64,000 nucleotides of DNA, from the NCBI GenBank assembly GCA_041560205.1, contig JBFFBV010000012.1, positions 2,208-66,207 on the forward strand, read 5' to 3'. A program made the translations under genes and the position numbers. The notes under the pieces are model-generated. The model saw only the letters and a list, made by a program, of their open reading frames with translations, made no database searches and was not told the DNA's origin. The stretch is from Candidatus Sulfomarinibacter sp. (GTDB lineage: Bacteria > Acidobacteriota > Thermoanaerobaculia > Thermoanaerobaculales > Sulfomarinibacteraceae). Shown one piece after another: positions 55,675-64,000 of this stretch. Each line of letters starts with the position of its first letter. Positions within the stretch are counted from its first letter, which is position 1.

Positions 55675-56450
55675 CCTCGAAGCGCAACCGGATCGAGGCG
55701 AAGATCCTGGCGAAGGCGAAGGAGCTCGGCGCGTCGTTGGCGGGCATCGCCAGGGTGAAGGATCTGAAGAAATCGAGATCCTTCGAGATCTACGACACGA
55801 GGCCGTACTACGACGAGTACGCGGGGGTTGATTGGAACCCCGCGCACCGATCGATTCTGGTGTGGGCCCTGGCCCATCCGCCATCCGAGCCCATCCTCGA
55901 TTGGTGGAGCCTCAAGGTCCCTGGCTTCACACCCGGGAATCGGGTTCTCAGAAAGCAGAGCCGGCGGATGCGGATCTGGCTCGGCGAGGAATTGGGGATC
56001 CAGGCGCTCTCGCTGCCCTATCAGATCGAGTATGGTGGGACCTTTCTCAAGGACTCGGCAGTTCTCGCTGGACTCGGGGTTATCGGCAAGAACAATCTCC
56101 TGGTCAGCCCGGAGTACGGGTCGGACCTGAGGCTGCGGGGGATCTTCATAGAGGCCGAGCTCGAGCCGACCGGACCGATGGATGGTTTCAATCCCTGCGA
56201 CGGCTGTGACATGCCGTGCCATGCCGCGTGCCCCCGGAGGGCCTTTCGAAGCGGTTCCTACGACCAGTCGATCTGCAAAGGAGAGATGGACCAGAACGAC
56301 GCTGACGTGAAGGAGCTCGATGGCCCGATCATGGGCATCGAAGAGTCGTGCGATGTCATCGTCTACTGCCGGGGCTGTGAAAACGCCTGCCCCGTCGGCG
56401 ACACAAAGGCCGATCTGGACTTCATTCTTCGCGAGGCCGTGCTGCGCTGA
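55671..56450 (+). CDS. QueG-like (epoxyqueuosine-reductase/reductive-dehalogenase-related) 4Fe-4S protein
   Basis: AVLAGLGVIGKNNLLVSPEYGS resembles the QueG core. Two Cys clusters are present (CDGCDMPCHAACP; CRGCENACP). It is shorter than canonical QueG. The ATG overlaps the previous stop. Confidence 0.65.
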   Translation: MTSKRNRIEAKILAKAKELGASLAGIARVKDLKKSRSFEIYDTRPYYDEYAGVDWNPAHRSILVWALAHPPSEPILDWWSLKVPGFTPGNRVLRKQSRRMRIWLGEELGIQALSLPYQIEYGGTFLKDSAVLAGLGVIGKNNLLVSPEYGSDLRLRGIFIEAELEPTGPMDGFNPCDGCDMPCHAACPRRAFRSGSYDQSICKGEMDQNDADVKELDGPIMGIEESCDVIVYCRGCENACPVGDTKADLDFILREAVLR

Positions 56451-56508
56451 CCGATCGCCCATTCGCCATTAGAATGCAGGTCGAGAATCGAGTCCTTGGA
56501 GGCAGGGT

Positions 56509-58875
56509 GTGAGCATCAGCTCCGAAAGAAGCAACGCATCGGGATTTCTGCTGCAGCTTTTCACTGCGCTCCTGATCGTGACCTCGAGCGTGGGCTGCGG
56601 GCGGGGCGGAGAAACCCAAAGCTCGACAACAATCGGTTCCAACGGAGCGTCGGCCTTCCACGGTATCGAGAAGGAGGATCTCAACGTCGTCCTCGTGACC
56701 GTCGACACGCTGCGCTCCGATCGCATCTCGAGCTACGGATCCAAGCTCGTCGACACGCCGAACATCGACGGCTTCGCCTCCGAAGGCGTCCTTTTTTCGA
56801 ACGCCGCGTGCACCGTGCCGTTCACGCTTCCGGCCCATTCGTCGATCCTCACCGGTCTTTATCCACCAGGCCATGGGGTGCGCGAGAACGTGGGTTACAC
56901 GCTCGATACGGGTATTCCGACGTTGGCTGAGGTGCTGTCCGAGGCTGGGTGGAACACCGCCGGGTTTATCAGCGCATTCGTCCTCGATCGGCGCTGGGGC
57001 ATTGGGCGTGGCTTCGATCACTATTTCGATGACTTCGACCTGCGCGATTTCGAGACGCCGAACCTGAGCTCGGTGCAGCGGCCGGGGGACGTTACGATTG
57101 CCGAGGCCGTCCGTTGGCTCGATGGTCGACCTCAGGATGGTCCATTTTTCCTCTGGCTCCACCTCTACGACCCACACGATCCCTACACGCCGCCCGAGCC
57201 CTTCAGATCGCAGCACCCGAACCGGCCGTACGACGGCGAGGTGGCCTACACCGATTCCTTGATCGGGGAGTTTCGGCGGGCGCTCGAAGAGCGCGGTCTC
57301 CTGGCGACCTCGCTCGTGATTCTCACAGCTGACCACGGCGAGGGCCTTGGCGACCACGGAGAAGGCCAGCACGGTTTCTTTATCTACGACACGACGATTC
57401 ACGTGTCGCTGATCGTGAGACCGCCGGAAGGTTCAGATGCCGGGCGGGTTGTGGACACCGCGGTCAGCCACGTGGATATATTCCCGACCGTACTCGATGC
57501 CGTTGGGCTGTCGGCTCCGGAACGGGTCGACGGCGAGAGCCTGCTGCCTCTGATCAGGGGAGAGAGCCCTGACAGCGACCGCGCCGTATATTCGGAGTCC
57601 CTCTACCCGCTGCTGCACTACGGCTGGGCGCCGCTACGGGCCCTCCGCACCAGCAGCCTCAAACTCATCAGTGCACCTCGACCGGAGGTCTTTGACGTCA
57701 CGACGGATCCCCGCGAAATGCGGAACCTGTCTCTCGAACAGCCGGCGGTGGCGGAAGCGCTCGAAGACCGGCTGGCCGGATTGAGGGCCGAGATCGAGCG
57801 CGAGGCGCCTTCCGCCGGAGCGGTGCCCGATATCGACCCTCAAACCCTCGCCCAGCTGCAGGCATTGGGCTACGCCGCCGGTCAGGGCGGAGTCAGTCTC
57901 GAAGAGGAGACGGATCGTTCTCGTGCGGATCCAAAGGATAAGATTGGGATCCACCGCACGATCATGGGAGCGCAGATCCTCATGCGAGAGGACGTGGAGC
58001 TGGCCGAACAGACTCTGAGGGCGGTGGTGAGGGACGACCCCGAGGTCCTCGATGCCCACCAGATGTTGGGTCAGATCGCCTCGAGACAAAGGCGCTACGA
58101 CGAGGCATTGAATCACTACCGGCGTGCCTTGGAAATCCAGCCGGACCACAAGAACTCACTCACGGGTATGGCCGCCTCGTACCAGGCACTGGGGCGCACG
58201 GAAGAGGCACTCGTCGGCTTCCGGAGAGCGCTCGAAATATCGGGTCATGATACGCGTGCAACGTTGGCTATCGCCGACATTGAGTTCGGTCTAGGCCGGT
58301 TGGAGGAAGCGGCGAAGGCGCTCGTCGCGGCAGTCCAGACCACCGAAGCGCCGGCGCTGATCTCGAACAAGCTCGGCGAGGTGCGCGTGGAACAGGGCCG
58401 GAGGGATGAGGCAGCGGCCCTCTTTGAAAATGCCATTCGGGAGGAGGACGGATTCGCCCTGCCTCACTTCAATCTAGCCGTGCTCTACGAGGACAGGGGA
58501 GACATTCGGCGGGCGGTCGCAGCCTACGAAAAGGCGATCGAGCTCGCGCCGAGGTACCATCAGGCCCAGTTCAACCTCGGGCGCCTGCTCGGATACCTCG
58601 GTCAGGGAGACCGGCAGCAGGAGCTGTGGGAGGCATCGATCGAATCGAACCACGACTTCGTCCAGGGTTATTACTACCTGTCGAAACTCATCATGGATCG
58701 GGGTGGGGACCTCGAGCGCGCAGAGCGGCTCGTACGGACCGGAATTGAAAAAGACCCCGACCACAGTGAAGGGCCGCTTGGCTACTACGTTCTCGCCGAC
58801 ATCCTCAATCGAATGGGGCGGACAGCGGAAGCGCGGGAGGCGGTCGCCATCGGCCAGCGGATCCAGACCAAGTAG
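56509..58875 (+). CDS. Sulfatase-family (alkaline-phosphatase superfamily) hydrolase fused to C-terminal TPR repeats
   Basis: Lipobox-like SSVGC. Metal site VVLVTVDTLRSD. The nucleophile region reads CTVPFTLPAHSSILTG rather than canonical C/SxPxR. The C-terminal ~330 aa are TPR repeats. The GTG start has GGAGG upstream. Confidence 0.78.
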   Translation: MSISSERSNASGFLLQLFTALLIVTSSVGCGRGGETQSSTTIGSNGASAFHGIEKEDLNVVLVTVDTLRSDRISSYGSKLVDTPNIDGFASEGVLFSNAACTVPFTLPAHSSILTGLYPPGHGVRENVGYTLDTGIPTLAEVLSEAGWNTAGFISAFVLDRRWGIGRGFDHYFDDFDLRDFETPNLSSVQRPGDVTIAEAVRWLDGRPQDGPFFLWLHLYDPHDPYTPPEPFRSQHPNRPYDGEVAYTDSLIGEFRRALEERGLLATSLVILTADHGEGLGDHGEGQHGFFIYDTTIHVSLIVRPPEGSDAGRVVDTAVSHVDIFPTVLDAVGLSAPERVDGESLLPLIRGESPDSDRAVYSESLYPLLHYGWAPLRALRTSSLKLISAPRPEVFDVTTDPREMRNLSLEQPAVAEALEDRLAGLRAEIEREAPSAGAVPDIDPQTLAQLQALGYAAGQGGVSLEEETDRSRADPKDKIGIHRTIMGAQILMREDVELAEQTLRAVVRDDPEVLDAHQMLGQIASRQRRYDEALNHYRRALEIQPDHKNSLTGMAASYQALGRTEEALVGFRRALEISGHDTRATLAIADIEFGLGRLEEAAKALVAAVQTTEAPALISNKLGEVRVEQGRRDEAAALFENAIREEDGFALPHFNLAVLYEDRGDIRRAVAAYEKAIELAPRYHQAQFNLGRLLGYLGQGDRQQELWEASIESNHDFVQGYYYLSKLIMDRGGDLERAERLVRTGIEKDPDHSEGPLGYYVLADILNRMGRTAEAREAVAIGQRIQTK

Positions 58876-58885
58876 CGATAGGACG

Positions 58886-59758
58886 ATGAAAGCGACGTTG
58901 GTCCTCGTGTTCCTCTTGATTGCGCCCGTCTTGGTGGCGCAGGAAGTCGTCGACCTGTGGCAGGGCAAGCCCCCGTACTCCAAACCCAACCAGCTGGAGG
59001 AATACGTCAAAGAGTCGTGGGGCGTGCCGTGCGTCCACAACGTCACCCGACCGACCCTGAGCATTCACCGCGCGCAGGGAGAGAATTCCGGCCACGCCAT
59101 GGTGGTCTTGCCGGGAGGCGGTTACGAGGTCGAGTCTTTCGTGGGCGAGGGCCGGCAGATCGCGGAGTACCTTGCCTCACAGGGAATCACGGCGGCGGTT
59201 CTGAAGTACAGGTTGCCGCTGGCCGAGGCCTCGGATCAACCTCATCTCGTGCCCATCACAGATGCCCGGAGAGCCCTCCAGCTCATGAGATCAAAGGCCG
59301 ACGAGCTCGAATTCGACCCTGGGAAGCTCGGCATCGTGGGCTTTTCCGCCGGCGGTCATCTCGCGACGGCGACCAGCGTTCTGGCATCCGACAGCACGGT
59401 CGAAAAGCCGGACTTTGCGGCATTGATCTATCCGGTGACCACCATCGAGCCAGAAAACCGCCAATGGCTCGAAGAGACTCTCTTCCACCGAGAGATGACC
59501 GAGGCCGAGCTCCGACAATACTCGCTCGTCGACCAGGTCGATGCGACAACGCCTCCGGCATTCCTGCTCCACGCCTGGGACGACGACGTCGTGCCGATCA
59601 GCGAATCGCTGCGCTTTGCGGAAGCGATGGCTGCAGCTGGCCGCGAGGTCGAAGCCCATTATTTCCCGAAGGGCGGTCACGGTTTCGGCCCAGGCAGGCC
59701 GGGGGACGGAACCGACCAGTGGCTGGGACTTTTGGCGGATTGGGTCAAACGTCAGTAA
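58886..59758 (+). CDS. Secreted alpha/beta hydrolase (esterase)
   Basis: Signal peptide MKATLVLVFLLIAPVLVAQ, oxyanion VVLPGGGY and nucleophile elbow GFSAGGHLA. Confidence 0.75.
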   Translation: MKATLVLVFLLIAPVLVAQEVVDLWQGKPPYSKPNQLEEYVKESWGVPCVHNVTRPTLSIHRAQGENSGHAMVVLPGGGYEVESFVGEGRQIAEYLASQGITAAVLKYRLPLAEASDQPHLVPITDARRALQLMRSKADELEFDPGKLGIVGFSAGGHLATATSVLASDSTVEKPDFAALIYPVTTIEPENRQWLEETLFHREMTEAELRQYSLVDQVDATTPPAFLLHAWDDDVVPISESLRFAEAMAAAGREVEAHYFPKGGHGFGPGRPGDGTDQWLGLLADWVKRQ

Positions 59759-59915
59759 GCGGTCCTCGATTGACGATCGGATGAAAGATCGCATACCTGA
59801 AGGCCTCGCGGGCGGGAACAAACGACAGCTCGCATCGGGTTCACATCCAACCGGCCGGGCCCGGTCGGCGATATCATTCGTCGGGCACGAAGACGAGCAC
59901 GGTGAAGGAGGATCG

Positions 59916-60683
59916 ATGCAGACAACAAAGATCGCATTCGAGAACGCGTCGGGCGAAAGGCTGGCCGCGTTGCTCGATGTGCCGGAGAGCGATCGGCCGA
60001 CCGCCTACGCTCTGTTTGCCCACTGCTTCACCTGCTCCAAGGACTACAAGGGGGTCGTGCGGATATCGAAAGCGCTGGCAGCCGAGGGCTTCGGGGTGCT
60101 CCGCTTCGACTTCACGGGCCTGGGTGAGAGCGAAGGTGACTTCTCGAAGACCACCTTCGCCTCGAACGTCGATGATCTGATCTCGGCGGCGAATTTCATG
60201 GGCGCTGAGCTGGGGGCGCCGAAGGTCCTGGTCGGCCACTCACTCGGGGGCGCGGCGGTGATCCACGCGGCCGCGAAGCTGCCCTCGGTGGTGGCGGTCG
60301 CCACCCTGGCCGCTCCGGCCAACCTGAGGAGCCTGGCCGGCCGGCTCCGCTCCAACAGCCCCGAGATCGAAAGCTCGAGCAGCGCCGAGGTCGAGATCGG
60401 CGGCCGCAAGATCCGGATCGGCAGTGACCTCGTCGACGGTCTCGAAGAGGTCAACATGAGGGAGGCGGTGTCGAAGATGGAAAAGGCGCTCCTGATCTGC
60501 CACTCCCCGGATGATCGGACGGTCGCTATCGACAGCGCGATCGAGATCTTCCTTGCTGCCCGTCAGCCGAAGAGCTTCCTCGCTCTCGCGAATGCAGACC
60601 ACCTGTGCAGCCATCCTGACGACGCGCGCTTTGCCGGCTCGATGATCGCGACCTGGGCTCATCGGGCAATTGGGGCGCGCTGA
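59916..60683 (+). CDS. Alpha/beta hydrolase
   Basis: Nucleophile elbow GHSLGGAA. 255 aa. ATG at 59916 is preceded by GAAGGAGG. Confidence 0.75.
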   Translation: MQTTKIAFENASGERLAALLDVPESDRPTAYALFAHCFTCSKDYKGVVRISKALAAEGFGVLRFDFTGLGESEGDFSKTTFASNVDDLISAANFMGAELGAPKVLVGHSLGGAAVIHAAAKLPSVVAVATLAAPANLRSLAGRLRSNSPEIESSSSAEVEIGGRKIRIGSDLVDGLEEVNMREAVSKMEKALLICHSPDDRTVAIDSAIEIFLAARQPKSFLALANADHLCSHPDDARFAGSMIATWAHRAIGAR

Positions 60684-60716
60684 CACAGCAGTATCGCTTC
60701 GAGTCGCGCTCGCGCC

Positions 60717-61718
60717 TTACTGCTGCCCCCCTGCGGGCCCAGATCCATCAACCAGGTTGGTGATCGTAGCCTGACCCGCCAGGGATTCTATGAGCTTGGC
60801 GACTTTCTGCCCTGTCTCATTTTGGATCAGGATATTTCGAATCTGACCAGAGGCTTCTTCAAGAGGCACCAATCGAGCGGGCTGTTTCTCCTCGACCTTG
60901 ATCACGTGCATGCCGAACTCGGTTCGGACAACGGGTGAAATGTCACCTGGTTCAAGGGCGAAGGCGGCAGCGGAAAATGTCGGAGCGGTCTGACCGTAGG
61001 TGAAGAACCCGAGATCTCCACCCTTGGCTGCCGTCTCTTTTTCCTCCGAAAGCTCGCGCGCGAGCTCGGCGAAGTCCTCGCCGGCGAGGGCCCGCCTCCG
61101 CGCTTCTTCTGCCTTGCCGCGCGCCGTGGCGACGGTCTCGGCGTCGTCCTGAAGCGACACGTGGAAAATGATGTGCCGGGCGCGGACCCGCTCTTCGACA
61201 TTGAAGAGCTCGGGTTTGTCGCTATAGAACGCCTCGATCTCCTCGTCCGAGACCTGGATCGTCGGGCTGATCTGCTGCTCGATCAGCGCGCGCGACAGCT
61301 CCATCTCGCGGAGGAAGTCGACGAGCTGTTCGTAGCTCATGCCGAAGGCGCCGATGTTGGACTCGAGTCTTTCTCGACCACCCGCCTGACCTTCGATGGC
61401 CTGAATCATCTCGGCCAGACGCAGCTCGTTCGGCGGAACATTGGTTCGTCGTGCTTCTTGCGCCAGCATCGTCTGTTCGATGACTCTTTGGGTGGCCATT
61501 TTCACCAGCACCTCTTCGTCCTCGACCCTTTCACGTCCACCAATCTGCGCCACGATGTTCTGCATGGTCATGCTGATCTCGGCCGCATAGATCTTGTCGC
61601 CGTTGACTTCAAGGACTGCGGGATTCACCTCGGCCGTGGGTGTTGCCGAATCTTGCGCCACCGCGACCGCGGCGGCAATGAAGATCGCGAGGAAACCTAA
61701 GGAGATTCGATGTTTCAT
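60717..61718 (-). CDS. Periplasmic parvulin-type peptidyl-prolyl isomerase (SurA/PrsA-like)
   Basis: Signal peptide MKHRISLGFLAIFIAAAVAVAQ, a SurA-N-like chaperone region and a parvulin domain (ARHIIF...GGDLGFF...FGMHVIKV). The longer track ORF (to 62489) is an Arg-rich out-of-context extension. Confidence 0.85.
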   Translation of the reverse strand: MKHRISLGFLAIFIAAAVAVAQDSATPTAEVNPAVLEVNGDKIYAAEISMTMQNIVAQIGGRERVEDEEVLVKMATQRVIEQTMLAQEARRTNVPPNELRLAEMIQAIEGQAGGRERLESNIGAFGMSYEQLVDFLREMELSRALIEQQISPTIQVSDEEIEAFYSDKPELFNVEERVRARHIIFHVSLQDDAETVATARGKAEEARRRALAGEDFAELARELSEEKETAAKGGDLGFFTYGQTAPTFSAAAFALEPGDISPVVRTEFGMHVIKVEEKQPARLVPLEEASGQIRNILIQNETGQKVAKLIESLAGQATITNLVDGSGPAGGQQ

Positions 61719-61780
61719 TTCAGACCTTTCACCGGAGCGGGCATTGTCGCCGGCTCGACGGGGGCGAAGCATACCATTCT

Positions 61781-62479
61781 TCAGATCGCGAGGCGCGCCA
61801 GATAGGCCCCGCGCGCGCCGCGATCCGCGATTTCGAAAGCGAAGCCGGCGTTCACCGCGCGATCCGAAAGCGTGATCGGATCGATGAAGAGCCACGGGTA
61901 CGGGTCTCCCTCCAGGCCTTTGTACGTCAACCTGTACTCGACCTCGCCCGGATAGAGTCCTCCCTGCCGCCATTCGCCAAGACCTTCCTCGAACTGCTCG
62001 CGGATCACGAGCCCGAGGTCCGCCGAGTCGAAGACGATCTGCCCGCCCGCGCGAAGGTGCCGGCGCGCCCAATCGAAGAACGCCGCCAGCCCGTCGAGAG
62101 TACCGACCAGTCCGATCCCGTGCATCAGCAGCACGATGGTGTCGAACAGCTCGTTCTCGAGGGTGTCCAGGTCCCCACAACGAGCGTCGATCACGCCGCG
62201 GTCGCGCATGACCTCGACCGCCTCCTGCGCGACATCGATGGCGGTGACCTTGAGACCTCGGCGCTGGAGCTCGAGCGCATGCCGCCCGGCGCCGGCCCCG
62301 AGGTCCAGCACGTGTCCACGGCACAGTTCGAGCGCGGTGATCTCGAGGTCGGGAAGCGGTTGGTCCTCCGGTCGGTAGAACTCCGCGACCGGGGTCGATT
62401 CGTCGTGCCAGAGATCGGTGTGGACGATGATCCGCGCGTCGACTGCGCCGTGATGGAAATCCTCGAGAGCGCGGCCCAT
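61781..62479 (-). CDS. Class I SAM-dependent methyltransferase
   Basis: Motif I VLDLGAGAGRHA. Start is uncertain (ATG 62479 or GTG 62530). Confidence 0.72.
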   Translation of the reverse strand: MGRALEDFHHGAVDARIIVHTDLWHDESTPVAEFYRPEDQPLPDLEITALELCRGHVLDLGAGAGRHALELQRRGLKVTAIDVAQEAVEVMRDRGVIDARCGDLDTLENELFDTIVLLMHGIGLVGTLDGLAAFFDWARRHLRAGGQIVFDSADLGLVIREQFEEGLGEWRQGGLYPGEVEYRLTYKGLEGDPYPWLFIDPITLSDRAVNAGFAFEIADRGARGAYLARLAI

Positions 62480-62514
62480 TGGCCCCCAACGCGCCCTCTG
62501 CGCGTCCGGCGTCG

Positions 62515-64000
62515 TCAGTGATGCGTCCACGGTTCGAGCTCGAGGTCGAGCGCCTTCATCGCCCGCAGCACCGGCACCAGACCGACGGATTCATCCCAAT
62601 ACGGGGTGCGGCGGTACCACCACATGTACCGTGCACTGGGGTCTGCCGCGAACTCTGGGTCTCCCAGGGCCTTTTCCCATGCCTCTCGGATTGTCTCGTC
62701 GGCAAGCATGTCGCGCGCCAACTCTTCCAGGAGACCCGTGCCGATATAGATCTTTCGCTCGAAGACGGATGAAATGGCGCCCCAGCGGACGAGCGAGTCG
62801 GGCGCTTCGGGCTCGAACAGCTGGACCGCGATCTCGAAGGCCGGCTGGTCGGCAGGAATCCACAGGCTGCCCTCCGGGATCATGCGGCTCTCCACCTTCC
62901 GGTCCACTTTGAAGTCCTCGACCATGACGACGCCCTGATAGGACGACCTGGCGAATTCCGGGCTCGACAGACGAATGGTCTCCACATCGATGCGAGCCTC
63001 TTTCACGACCGTCGAGGCGTGCAAACCGTGGCCTGCTATCAGAGCGTTGATCTGTGGCCACCCAGGGAGCACGAGGTAGCCTCGAGGCCGTGCGAGGGTG
63101 AGCTCTGGAACGGGCAGGTGGCGCCACTCGATCTCGACCTTGCGGAGCTTGCCGGGCAGATACTTGATTCGCTTCCCGCCGAACACGACGGAGTGTTCTG
63201 TCTTCCACTCGGAAGCGGGCCAGGTGATCGTGTCGCCGGCCTTCGAGACGCCCCACCTGACGACGATCTCGGACGGGTCGGCGCCGAAGCTCCCGGCAGC
63301 GACCGTGGCTGACTCGGCGGCCTCGACGGCGCCGATCAGCGCATTGCCTGCCCGCCCGACTTCGAGCATCAGCTCCTCCATGAAGCGGCGGTTGGCGTGA
63401 ACACGGTCGCGGAAGGGCTTGTGGGCGTGCATCTCGACGAGAATCGAGGCGCGGTTGCGGAGCGGAAAATAACCCGACGAATACCGCGGTTGGGCAACAT
63501 CCCAGATCATGCCGGCTGATGGATCCGTCCGGGAGACGTGGTTGACGTAGGGGCCGTTGGGGAATCCAGCCTCGTCGGTCGCCTTGAGGACCGACGGGAG
63601 GTGGGCCTCGATCCAGGCCGCGACCGGTTCAGCGAGCTGCGGCGCTTCCGCCACGAGCCACGTCAGGACCCAGGCGTGGTCGGAGCCGTTGGTCACGTGG
63701 TTGTCGACGTGGAGGTGGGGGTTCCACCGGGTCACGAGATCTGCCATCGCCCTCGCCTCGGGGCTCGCCAGCCGCAGAAAATCGCGGTTGAGGTTGATCC
63801 CGGTCGCGTTGGCGCGGTAACCCAGCCCCTCGACCGGGCCGTTCTGGTTCGCGCGGTTGAAGGGCGACGCCTTCTCGTGCCCGTCGGCGTTGTAGATGGG
63901 CGCGAACAGCATGATCACGTCCTCAGTGAGCTGCGGCTTGCGGCCGAGCGCGATATCGCGCAGGACCATCAGGGTGGCGTCCTTGCCGTCCACCTCGCCG
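62515..64000 (-). CDS. M14-family zinc carboxypeptidase-like protein (5' end outside window)
   Basis: The NADGHE...NLNRDF region is typical of the M14 catalytic domain. The reading frame stays open to the window edge and the expected N-terminal HxxE zinc motif is not in the window. Confidence 0.7.
   Translation of the reverse strand, partial: GEVDGKDATLMVLRDIALGRKPQLTEDVIMLFAPIYNADGHEKASPFNRANQNGPVEGLGYRANATGINLNRDFLRLASPEARAMADLVTRWNPHLHVDNHVTNGSDHAWVLTWLVAEAPQLAEPVAAWIEAHLPSVLKATDEAGFPNGPYVNHVSRTDPSAGMIWDVAQPRYSSGYFPLRNRASILVEMHAHKPFRDRVHANRRFMEELMLEVGRAGNALIGAVEAAESATVAAGSFGADPSEIVVRWGVSKAGDTITWPASEWKTEHSVVFGGKRIKYLPGKLRKVEIEWRHLPVPELTLARPRGYLVLPGWPQINALIAGHGLHASTVVKEARIDVETIRLSSPEFARSSYQGVVMVEDFKVDRKVESRMIPEGSLWIPADQPAFEIAVQLFEPEAPDSLVRWGAISSVFERKIYIGTGLLEELARDMLADETIREAWEKALGDPEFAADPSARYMWWYRRTPYWDESVGLVPVLRAMKALDLELEPWTHH

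Noticed and set aside
61719-62489. N-terminal 257-aa extension of the PPIase ORF (track ORF 60717..62489)
   Set aside because: The extension is Arg/Pro/Gly-rich and overlaps the SAM methyltransferase gene in another frame. A proper signal peptide begins at the internal Met (61718).

Overview
High-GC bacterial chromosomal segment, most likely Acidobacteriota. The pointers are a VWFA-related acidobacterial-type protein, CarboxypepD_reg-type TonB-dependent receptors and a PEGA protein. This taxonomic call is inferred from gene content only. I support about 52 protein-coding genes and found no rRNA, tRNA, CRISPR array, transposase, integrase or phage genes. Housekeeping blocks: hrcA-grpE-dnaK-dnaJ-prmA-rsmE-tatD, nth, fadD-like ligase, ilvE, gdh, algH. 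Accessory blocks: (i) a galactoside/glycan uptake locus with an SSS symporter, galM and two tandem DeoR-regulator/TonB-receptor cassettes; (ii) an ~15.8 kb co-directional array of 11 tightly packed or overlapping genes, running from GH2 beta-galactosidase through esterase, serine hydrolase, BCCT transporter, ADP-forming acyl-CoA synthetase, CaiD-like crotonase, MTHFR-like and QueG-like Fe-S proteins, a sulfatase-family-TPR fusion and two alpha/beta hydrolases. Items worth a second look: an MglA-type GTPase with a ~265-aa C-terminal extension and no adjacent mglB; a 702-aa GreA-domain protein; two orphan promoter-plus-terminator units that look like small RNAs (27305-27475 plus strand, 6977-7051 minus strand); a promoter/42-codon/hairpin mini-gene; a GGTGCCAC...GTGGCACC palindromic element present twice; short heptamer/octamer tandem repeats in many intergenic regions; mosaic near-identity between the two DeoR-receptor cassettes; and an AT-rich island at 24.3-25.4 kb. 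All functional calls come from motif recognition by eye on the supplied translations, and no database search was run.
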